Virus record (IMG/VR): IMGVR_UViG_3300030102_005172
Span: 32,001 to 96,000 of that record
Strand: one strand, 5' to 3'
Source: a virus
DNA: 64,000 bases
In this document: in pieces, positions 30,237-38,399 of the stretch
How the letters are laid out: each line of letters begins with the position of its first letter
Numbering within the stretch: the stretch's first letter is position 1
Made by a program: the position numbers and the translations under genes
Notes under the pieces: generated by a model
Seen by the model: the letters and a program-made list of their open reading frames with translations, nothing else
Databases searched by the model: none
Told to the model about the DNA's origin: nothing

Positions 30237-31235
30237 TTAACTGCGTTCTGAGCGTTTTTCTAAGTCTAAATAAAATCTACTTGCCTCAGAGTCAATCCAT
30301 GACTTTTCACTCATTTCTTTGTTTATTTCTTTCTTATCACTCCACCATTGATTTTCTTTTTTAATGGTATTCCATTTGTTGTCAACCTCTAAGTCTCTAA
30401 CATCATCTTGGTGTAATACTTCACCAGTTTCACTACTAAATGGTGATGATGATTTTGGTGTTTGTGGTACAAGGTTCATAAAGTAATCTTCTAACATTTT
30501 AGATGGTCGCATTGGTAGTTTATCATATAAAGGCATTCCATCGTAATAATCTATAAATGGAGTATCACCATCCATATTCGTATGTATTCTTAAATCTTGA
30601 TGATACATTTTATACAACTTTCCTTTTTGTAGAGTTGCCGTTCCATTAAGTTGTTTGTTTTTAGGAATTGTTTTATCCCACTTGTTAGTATATGGCTTTC
30701 TTAAGTTACCTTGCCAATACCATGGCCATTGTTCACAAAAAAATGTCCAATGATTATCTTTAAATTTTAGTTTTAATGATTCTGAGTGTTTAAATATATT
30801 GTGATGAATTGTTTCATCAAAGTTAGAACCACCTATCCAAAATTTTGGATATGGATATATTTTTTGTATTTCGTCAAATTGTTTAATTGTAGGTTTATTG
30901 ATATAAACAAAGTCAAGGACTTCCCATGCTCTTCTGAAAACATCAATCAGTTCAGAGTGTGACAATAATCTTACTACATCTTGAAATGTAGATTTAAGTT
31001 GTAAAGCTTGCTCGTCTGTAAAGTCTTCTATAATGTATATATGGTCAAATTCATTTGAGTCTACAAAGGTTTGTACAACTCCAATATCATCGTATCCTAC
31101 GATAATCATCGCTTTAGGTACACAATATTTTTTAGGAATTTTTTTACCTGCACCTAATTTAAAAGTATCTTTGTGTCTGTGTTGTCTTCCGATATATGTT
31201 AACATATCTTTAAGACCTTCATAACTTTTTTGCAT
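30237..31235 (-). CDS. Hypothetical protein (N-terminal half possibly a degenerate SAM-methyltransferase fold)
   Basis: 332 aa; LDFVYIN...WIGGSNF is weakly reminiscent of class I methyltransferases. Confidence 0.45.
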   Translation of the reverse strand: MQKSYEGLKDMLTYIGRQHRHKDTFKLGAGKKIPKKYCVPKAMIIVGYDDIGVVQTFVDSNEFDHIYIIEDFTDEQALQLKSTFQDVVRLLSHSELIDVFRRAWEVLDFVYINKPTIKQFDEIQKIYPYPKFWIGGSNFDETIHHNIFKHSESLKLKFKDNHWTFFCEQWPWYWQGNLRKPYTNKWDKTIPKNKQLNGTATLQKGKLYKMYHQDLRIHTNMDGDTPFIDYYDGMPLYDKLPMRPSKMLEDYFMNLVPQTPKSSSPFSSETGEVLHQDDVRDLEVDNKWNTIKKENQWWSDKKEINKEMSEKSWIDSEASRFYLDLEKRSERS

Positions 31236-31241
31236 ACTTAA

Positions 31242-31631
31242 TTAATTTACATCAACTATTCTGAATAAACTTGTCTTTAGTATTTTGTGTCCTTCACCAT
31301 CGGTTAGAATCATAGAGTTTCTATAATCTTCCCAATTAATTTTATATGTTTTGTCTGCAACACCACCATTTAAGTCAACAATCAATCTATTTAATGCGTT
31401 TATTGTGTAGATAGTGTTTGATTCCTTCTTACGATGTGCTAATATAGTACTTCCTAAGAATTTTCTTTCATTGTTCGGTATTATATTGTAACTAATCACT
31501 AACTCTTGTGATGGTTTTAATTTTAAAATAAATATTTTTCTACTATAAAGGATAAATGAGTTTTGAATGTTTTCTAAAACTGATTCAAATTCAGCCTCAT
31601 TAGTAAATGTACATAATAGTTGTGTTCTCAC
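31242..31631 (-). CDS. Hypothetical phage protein
   Basis: 129-aa ORF in the operon. Confidence 0.65.
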   Translation of the reverse strand: MRTQLLCTFTNEAEFESVLENIQNSFILYSRKIFILKLKPSQELVISYNIIPNNERKFLGSTILAHRKKESNTIYTINALNRLIVDLNGGVADKTYKINWEDYRNSMILTDGEGHKILKTSLFRIVDVN

Positions 31632-31641
31632 TCATCTTCCC

Positions 31642-33723
31642 TTATTTTACATTCAAAGCTGACTTTACTTTTCCTAATGGAAGTTCTTGTGTGCCTTCAA
31701 AGTTGTAACTATATCTACCAGATGAATTTGTTCCCATTCTAAATTGTGAATACTTCATATCACCTGTTGTTTCATTTATACCTGTTAATCCATACCCCGT
31801 CATTGCGAAATACTTACCATCTTTTGCATTTGTTCTTAAAAAGAATACAATTGTGTCTGATAAGTCTTTTGATAGCTTATCTTCTACAAATTTTGATGAA
31901 CCAGGGAATTGTTTATATGTAGTTCCCTTTCCATCTTTATCTACACCAAAGACCTTATATAAAGGTAATGTTGTTTTACCATATATCATTTCTTTTTCTA
32001 TCTCTATTAGTTGTGAGTATAACTTTTTTGCGTCTCCAGATAAATCACCCAAAATATTTTTAAGAACTATTGCTGATTGAAAGTTTGTCAATAACTTAGC
32101 AACAGTATCTTTTGTTACAGGTGCGGTTAAAGAAAGTTTTTCATATCCGTTATAGTAAAATGCTGGATTTGATATAGCTGCGGTTGACAATGCTTTCAGT
32201 TTAATATCTACATTACTTACTAATTTATCTAATACTTTTTGATTTGTTGCAATTTGTTCAAAAGAATCATATATAGATGGTTTTTTAGCTTCATTTAAAA
32301 TACCTTCATGTAATCCTGCTCTTAACAATTCTTTTTCTAATTTTTTAACTTCAGATTTTGGTGATTTTTTTAATCCTTTGAATATCTTTTTTGAGAATCC
32401 AAATAAGAATTTTCCTAATTGAGAAATTTTTTGTAATAAATTAGAACCAATACTTTTTATGAAAGCAACACCCTTATTTAAAAAGTCTCGTAATCCCTCA
32501 TTCAATTGAACTGACTCTAATGCCAACTTCTTAACATCTTCAGTACCCAATAAATTATACTTATCTTTTAAGAATCCGTATATTTTACCTAATTGAGCTC
32601 CACCTTCTGCTTTTTTAAGTGATACTTGTATAAACTTAATACTTGTACCAGTTATTGTACAAACACCCTTTTTATCATATTCAACAGGTAAACCTTCGCT
32701 TAACTTAGATATAAGTTCAGACGCTGGGACATTAGATATGACACAATCGGCAGTATTATCTTTTACACCATCTACTAATTCAGAACGCTCAGTAGCTTGA
32801 TAGTATGATTTAATACTTTTGTGACATATATATGCACCTTTAAATTTCATATCATCTGTAAACTTGGTCATACCTGCCATTAATTGTGCTATCAAGAAAT
32901 AATCCCCAAGTGGCATTGTATCTAATTTAGATAAAATTTCATTAGGTTTTGCATAGTCACCACTCATTCCTAATGCTTTTACAAATTTCTGTTTTACATC
33001 GTTAGTAACTTTTGGTAAAGTTTCTTCGGTAGCTGAATTTAATTGTTTAAGTATACTGAAACCATTTACATATGTTCCCATACATTGTGCGGTTTCCATC
33101 GTTTCTGTATCGAAGTTTACATCGGTTGGTTTAGAACCTTTTCTCATTTTACCGAATAAAGATTGAATGTTTCCATTACTAGCGGTAATTATATAATTTT
33201 TACCAGTATCTTCGGCAGATACATATACAGTTTGACCATTATTTATTTTTACTTGAACACCATCTTCAGTAGGTCCTATTTTAGTAAAAGGTCCTTTAGG
33301 TACTTTTTCACCCTTTGGTAATCCTAATTTCAATAAGTCTGCGGTATTTTTAAGTGGTATGAATTTATCACCTATTGCATATTTGTTATCGTATATTGAA
33401 GCTTCACTAAGAAGTTGTCCTAATTCAATTAGTATATTTTCTTTTACTTCTTCTTTTTTCTTTAACTCATCCTTCTCAATTTGAGTTAACATTCCAAACT
33501 TATCAATTTCTTTTTCGTTTTCTGAATCTTCTTCTTCGGTTTCTTTTTCTTTTTGAAATTCTTGGATTAGGATATCTGCATTCTTTTCACCAACCTCATC
33601 AATTAAGTGATAATAGAATGATTTTAAGAATTCTTCAGTATAGATACCTTCAGTAAGTTTAAGGTCTATATCAGACCAAACTTTCCTTAATATTCTATCT
33701 ACTATGTTTTGGGATTTATTCAT
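31642..33723 (-). CDS. Large hypothetical protein, possible capsid-internal protein
   Basis: 693 aa; late-type motif upstream at 33727-33734; repeated L/I-x-E motifs (LTEG, LSEA, LNEG, LHEG, LNEA). Confidence 0.55.
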   Translation of the reverse strand: MNKSQNIVDRILRKVWSDIDLKLTEGIYTEEFLKSFYYHLIDEVGEKNADILIQEFQKEKETEEEDSENEKEIDKFGMLTQIEKDELKKKEEVKENILIELGQLLSEASIYDNKYAIGDKFIPLKNTADLLKLGLPKGEKVPKGPFTKIGPTEDGVQVKINNGQTVYVSAEDTGKNYIITASNGNIQSLFGKMRKGSKPTDVNFDTETMETAQCMGTYVNGFSILKQLNSATEETLPKVTNDVKQKFVKALGMSGDYAKPNEILSKLDTMPLGDYFLIAQLMAGMTKFTDDMKFKGAYICHKSIKSYYQATERSELVDGVKDNTADCVISNVPASELISKLSEGLPVEYDKKGVCTITGTSIKFIQVSLKKAEGGAQLGKIYGFLKDKYNLLGTEDVKKLALESVQLNEGLRDFLNKGVAFIKSIGSNLLQKISQLGKFLFGFSKKIFKGLKKSPKSEVKKLEKELLRAGLHEGILNEAKKPSIYDSFEQIATNQKVLDKLVSNVDIKLKALSTAAISNPAFYYNGYEKLSLTAPVTKDTVAKLLTNFQSAIVLKNILGDLSGDAKKLYSQLIEIEKEMIYGKTTLPLYKVFGVDKDGKGTTYKQFPGSSKFVEDKLSKDLSDTIVFFLRTNAKDGKYFAMTGYGLTGINETTGDMKYSQFRMGTNSSGRYSYNFEGTQELPLGKVKSALNVK

Positions 33724-33735
33724 AACTATAAATAT

Positions 33736-34959
33736 CTAAATATTGGTCTTAACCATATTATCGTAATCTTTTCCAATCTCTAATTGTGTAGGGAATCCAT
33801 CTTTTTCCATTATCTTCTTTACTTCCCTAATATATTTGTCTTCACCTTCATCTACATCAAATAGAATCGAGTCATATGTGTATAGTATAGGTATTGACTT
33901 TTGATTCAAACCTATTTTAGACAATTTGTCTAATATAAGTATGTTTCTTTCTGTTTCAAGCGCTTGTAAAACATAATTAAATAATTTATTTTTATTCAGA
34001 CTATCATCAAATTTAATTTTTCTTTGTAAAATAGGTGTAACCACTTCACGATTTCGTAAAAAATCTAACCATAGTGAGTTTATGTAATCTGATGTTTTTT
34101 TGAAAAATGGTATGTGATAGTATTCATCTTCCACCCCACCATATAGTTGTCTAAATGTGATTGCCTTTGCTTGACTAATATCTTTTCCATATTGATTTGC
34201 CAACCATTCATGTGCTTTCTTATCTAACGGAATATCTATGCCAATTAGTTTTGATATAAGTCGAATGTGATATCCATCGAAATCTAATTGGCACAATTTA
34301 CCATTTTCGAATCTTGATATAAATCTACTACGAACACCATCATCTTTTTTAAGTGCCGCATAATTTGTTCCTTTAAATGTATTGGATGGTCTTGATGTTA
34401 TTGTTAATGGATTGTAACGAGTATATTCATAACCCATCTTAGTATATAACCCATTCTTTTCTACCCAAGCCAAACTCTTTGGATAAAGTTGTGAGAATTT
34501 AGAAATTTTTGAGTCGACAAAAAGTTTCTTCCAATCTTCGAATTGTTCGTAATGTTTCCATATAGGAATAAGGTCATTTGCTTTAGGTGCCTGTCGTCTT
34601 CTGAAGATAGTGTATATAGGTTTCTCTTCTACATCAAAGTTCTTTGCTTGCCAGAATAAAGACATTTCTAAGTCATACATATTCGGTAAAAAGTCATAAT
34701 GATACAAGAAGTCTTTCATACCTACTATATAAACTTCTTTGAAGTTATGAAACTCTACTTTTTGGTCTATTTTAGTTGCGTCTATGTTATGATAATTGAT
34801 AAATAGGTCTAATGTACCATCTGATATGATTAATGCGGATACTCGTGTATGTATGGAGTGTTTATCTAAACTTGTGAGTATAGGATATACCATAACCCTC
34901 TCCCCTTGGAGTTGGGATATATGTTTCCTAAGTTGTTTGTTGCTATCTACAATTTTCAT
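33736..34959 (-). CDS. Family A DNA polymerase-like protein (short, divergent)
   Basis: TITSRPSN, LDFDGYHIRL (motif A), AKAITFRQLYG (motif B), YTYDSILFD (motif C). Confidence 0.75.
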   Translation of the reverse strand: MKIVDSNKQLRKHISQLQGERVMVYPILTSLDKHSIHTRVSALIISDGTLDLFINYHNIDATKIDQKVEFHNFKEVYIVGMKDFLYHYDFLPNMYDLEMSLFWQAKNFDVEEKPIYTIFRRRQAPKANDLIPIWKHYEQFEDWKKLFVDSKISKFSQLYPKSLAWVEKNGLYTKMGYEYTRYNPLTITSRPSNTFKGTNYAALKKDDGVRSRFISRFENGKLCQLDFDGYHIRLISKLIGIDIPLDKKAHEWLANQYGKDISQAKAITFRQLYGGVEDEYYHIPFFKKTSDYINSLWLDFLRNREVVTPILQRKIKFDDSLNKNKLFNYVLQALETERNILILDKLSKIGLNQKSIPILYTYDSILFDVDEGEDKYIREVKKIMEKDGFPTQLEIGKDYDNMVKTNI

Positions 34960-34965
34960 CCGTAA

Positions 34966-34997
34966 CTAATATACGAAATATTTATGAGTTTTCCAAA
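34966..34997 (-). promoter_or_regulatory. Bacteroidota-type promoter TTTG-N20-TATATTAG
   Basis: Upstream of the PolA-like gene. Confidence 0.7.
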
Positions 34998-35131
34998 TTT
35001 ATATGGGTTTCTATTAAGTCTATGATTTGTAATCGTGACTTATCCATATTTGTCTTGTAGCATAGACTCCAAATGTCTGATACTAAATTCCTTAATTTTA
35101 AGTTTTCTTTTTTTAATTCTAAATTTGTCAT
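34982..35131 (-). CDS. Small hypothetical protein (49 aa)
   Basis: Manual translation MTNLELKKENLKLRNLVSDIWSLCYKT...LENS*; fills the gap in the operon. Confidence 0.45.
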   Translation of the reverse strand: MTNLELKKENLKLRNLVSDIWSLCYKTNMDKSRLQIIDLIETHINLENS

Positions 35132-35132
35132 A

Positions 35133-35459
35133 TTAATATCCTATAAATTCTAAATCAACATCACTTACTAATCCTTTTTCAACATAGTAAGGATACTCTT
35201 CGTTTAACCAATAGTTTTGAACATTGTCTACTTCACTTATTACATCGTTGTATAAGTCAGAAATATCATATCCATCACCATATTGAATACCACCACAAAG
35301 AACCATAAGTTCATTTAGGTTGTCCCAATTATCTTTGTTGTTTTTGATACTAAGTAATATCTCAGCTTTCATAAGGTCTGATACCTTGTCATTGTGGTCA
35401 TACATTTCAGTTGACCAAGGTTTTGTAATTTTTATTCCGTATTTACTCATATTTTTCAT
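35133..35459 (-). CDS. Hypothetical protein
   Basis: 108-aa ORF. Confidence 0.6.
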   Translation of the reverse strand: MKNMSKYGIKITKPWSTEMYDHNDKVSDLMKAEILLSIKNNKDNWDNLNELMVLCGGIQYGDGYDISDLYNDVISEVDNVQNYWLNEEYPYYVEKGLVSDVDLEFIGY

Positions 35460-35460
35460 T

Positions 35461-35679
35461 TTATCTGTACATTGTTACAAAAGAACCGAACTTATCATCG
35501 AATACTTTGATTAGATTTTCATAATCACCACTTGTCATTTCATCCATTAGTGGTTTAAATGGAATATCAAGGTTTCTACATAATCTTTTAGCCAAACCTA
35601 AGATTGCGTAAGCATTACCATCAGGTCCTGTTAAATCGATTTCGATTCCTACTTTTTTGTTTTCTTTTGATTTTATCAT
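35461..35679 (-). CDS. Hypothetical protein
   Basis: IDLTGPDGNAYAILG...MTSGDYENL. Start moved to ATG at 35679, downstream of the promoter. Confidence 0.65.
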   Translation of the reverse strand: MIKSKENKKVGIEIDLTGPDGNAYAILGLAKRLCRNLDIPFKPLMDEMTSGDYENLIKVFDDKFGSFVTMYR

Positions 35680-35697
35680 ATCTCTTACTTTACATAG

Positions 35698-35729
35698 TAA
35701 AGATAACAAAAAGATTTGTAATTGCCAAA
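35698..35729 (-). promoter_or_regulatory. Bacteroidota-type promoter TTTG-N20-TATCTTTA
   Basis: Near-identical to the 11569-11600 promoter, including the upstream TTAACA repeats. Confidence 0.7.
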
Positions 35730-35781
35730 TTTTTAATGTTAAATTTATGTTAAATTTATTAACAAGTTATTAACAATTTTC

Positions 35782-36360
35782 TTAAATTTTTGCACCTTGT
35801 TGTAGATTGGTAAGGTATCTTTCTAATCCTTCGAATTGATTTATGTACAAAAGGATTGTTCGTTGATTAGTATCAATAATACCTTTTTCTTCAGGTGTAT
35901 CATTAAGTGGGCCTGATATTTTCCATTTTAACTTAAGTTTTTGATAGTAAGGACTGTCTAATTCATCAAACCCATCTTTATTAATCTCATTTATGATTTC
36001 ACTACCTTTTCTTTTGTAAAAAAACCTTTCTGCAAACCCATTGTCATAATCTTCGTTAGTTGGTTGAAAGAAATATGGGTCAGGTATTGAAATAATAGGG
36101 TCAAAATCTTCTACTGCGTCTGTTAATACATTGTATTGGTAAGTATTTGTAAGAATTTGATTGTCTAAGTTGTAATATCTAACTAATTTTTTAGAAACAT
36201 CCTTTACAAAGAGGGGTTCAGTATACACTTCGTTGGTATTAGAATAAATGTGATACTGTCCTTCATATTCAGTACCATCTTCAAACATCCACTCACCACC
36301 ACTTGTGTACAGACCTTTTTGGATTGCTCCCTCTGGATAATATATTCGTTTTCTTCCCAT
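35782..36360 (-). CDS. Hypothetical protein at the end of the tail/baseplate operon
   Basis: 192 aa; LYTSGGEW...YEGQYH, LKWKISGP. Confidence 0.6.
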   Translation of the reverse strand: MGRKRIYYPEGAIQKGLYTSGGEWMFEDGTEYEGQYHIYSNTNEVYTEPLFVKDVSKKLVRYYNLDNQILTNTYQYNVLTDAVEDFDPIISIPDPYFFQPTNEDYDNGFAERFFYKRKGSEIINEINKDGFDELDSPYYQKLKLKWKISGPLNDTPEEKGIIDTNQRTILLYINQFEGLERYLTNLQQGAKI

Positions 36361-38090
36361 TACGCGTCAATCATCATTAAGCCACTAATTTTAGTAGTCC
36401 AGTCACCTGCACTAAAATCTTGACCAAGTTTTGTTACTATAAAATATGCATTATCTTTTAATCTTTTAGGTAATCTATCTACCGTAAATGCGTCACCATA
36501 TTTTGGACCACTATAACCATCACAAGTAAGTTCACATTCTAATCCATAACTAATGTTTGGATTATATTGTTTATTCTGACTTTTTACATATGCTTTCAAT
36601 GCTTGTTTTGCACCTGTAATATCATCTTCACTAATATTATCACCAAGATTTTCTAATGCTTTCTTCAAATCAGCAGTTGTGGTATTTTCAGGTTCCGTTC
36701 CTTCTGGGTAACAACCACCAAATACTTTATTAAGTTGTGGTGCACCTTCACCATCCATAGCTGCGGCAGTTGCCATACTTATTAGTTCTGAATCTAAGTT
36801 AGATGTCAAACTACAATCTCTAATACCATTATTAAATCCATTTGCTAAATTAATTGTTGTCATAGCAGTTGATTTAGCGGCAGTCCCTTTATTTAAAATT
36901 AAAAATTTACCTTTATCACCATCAACTATATCTGGGTCATTATATAAAAACATAGTTAGATATCCACCTGACAATTCTTTTACTTTATTAAATACTTTTT
37001 TCAAAAACATTGGGGTTGATATTCTTTTGGGTGATTCTTCTTTTCCTGGTGGGTTTTGTAAATCACTCATCATTTTTTGCAATAGTGGAATAGATATGTA
37101 TATGTTATCTATTGGATTACTGCTAGAGTCTTTAATATCTCTATAATCTGCATTACTACCATAGTTACACCCCCATCCAAATATAACTTCCAAAGGATTT
37201 GCAGATTTTATATTGGAATCATTCGTTTTGTTAAGTGTAAATTTTGAATAATCGAATTTTTTAGCACTTAAACCTTGAATACTTTTTGCGTTTTTATTAA
37301 TGTAGTTAAGAAATGACCCAAGGCTAACATATGGTAGTACATTATCTGTATTACTATCAAAAAAAGAAAAGAACCCTGAAGCTTGCATTTGGTGATTTGC
37401 TAATCCAAGTTTTACACCAGACCTATTATATTTTTTTGCTTTTCCACCAGATGGTTGGTCTGAAATTTTAGAAGCGATACCTACAAGATTTGTTATTAGG
37501 TCTTTAGATGGTACTTCTTTACCCGATTCCTCGTCTTTTACCATTTGTGAACCAACATCTTTTAAAGTCATGTAATCTACATCTACAACACCATCAGCGG
37601 CACCTGCCACTTTTAAACTAACATCATAACTTAAATCTTGATTTATAGTAAAATTAAAACCTGTTATTTCACCTTTTACTGTTACACTCGAACTACCAAC
37701 CCATCCGATAATTAGATTTACTCGTTGTCTTGGTGTCATAAATGTTTGGTCTATTTGGTCAAAATCAGATTTATTGTAAACCTTTACCTTTACATCTGCT
37801 TCAAACAACATTGCGTCTGATATATCTTGTCCACCATCATTTGATATAGAAATACTTTCTAAAATAGGTTTTGGTGTTAATCTACCACCCTCTGAACTCA
37901 TTAATTCTGAGTGTTTTTTCTTTACATCACTCTCGATTGATGTTATACTTCCTGCACATCCTACTACACCACCACCAACTCTTTGAATTTTCGCATACGC
38001 TCTTTTATGTATACCTACACCTTTTATTCTGTAATCTGCTCCTTGTAATTGTGGGGTTGGTAACCCTCTACTTCCTAATGTAAATGCCAT
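36360..38090 (-). CDS. Putative baseplate hub protein
   Basis: Follows the LysM gene; C-terminal F.V..L..DF....WTTKISG is hub-like. Confidence 0.5.
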   Translation of the reverse strand: MAFTLGSRGLPTPQLQGADYRIKGVGIHKRAYAKIQRVGGGVVGCAGSITSIESDVKKKHSELMSSEGGRLTPKPILESISISNDGGQDISDAMLFEADVKVKVYNKSDFDQIDQTFMTPRQRVNLIIGWVGSSSVTVKGEITGFNFTINQDLSYDVSLKVAGAADGVVDVDYMTLKDVGSQMVKDEESGKEVPSKDLITNLVGIASKISDQPSGGKAKKYNRSGVKLGLANHQMQASGFFSFFDSNTDNVLPYVSLGSFLNYINKNAKSIQGLSAKKFDYSKFTLNKTNDSNIKSANPLEVIFGWGCNYGSNADYRDIKDSSSNPIDNIYISIPLLQKMMSDLQNPPGKEESPKRISTPMFLKKVFNKVKELSGGYLTMFLYNDPDIVDGDKGKFLILNKGTAAKSTAMTTINLANGFNNGIRDCSLTSNLDSELISMATAAAMDGEGAPQLNKVFGGCYPEGTEPENTTTADLKKALENLGDNISEDDITGAKQALKAYVKSQNKQYNPNISYGLECELTCDGYSGPKYGDAFTVDRLPKRLKDNAYFIVTKLGQDFSAGDWTTKISGLMMIDA

Positions 38091-38097
38091 AACTTAC

Positions 38098-38397
38098 CTA
38101 TACATTATTTAATTCATTGTACTCATTTTGTAGTGATTCTACATCATCTGGTATTCTTAGTTGAACTCCTACTTCTGGAAATAAAGTACCTTTTCCCATA
38201 TTATTAGCTCTTGCAAGAATCCACCACAAACTTGGGTCTCTATAATACTCCCATGCTAAGTTGTCTAATCTATCACCTTGTTTTGTTATGATGTAAATAT
38301 CATTTATAGATGGATTTATGACAGGATAAACCACAGTCTCAGTAAACTTTCGTTCACCCTCTTTTTTTATTATTTGTATGTTATCGTATCTTTTCAT
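38098..38397 (-). CDS. LysM-like baseplate wedge / tail X protein
   Basis: ITKQGDRLDNLAWEYYRDPSLWWILARAN...QLRIP. Confidence 0.8.
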   Translation of the reverse strand: MKRYDNIQIIKKEGERKFTETVVYPVINPSINDIYIITKQGDRLDNLAWEYYRDPSLWWILARANNMGKGTLFPEVGVQLRIPDDVESLQNEYNELNNV

Positions 38398-38399
38398 AT

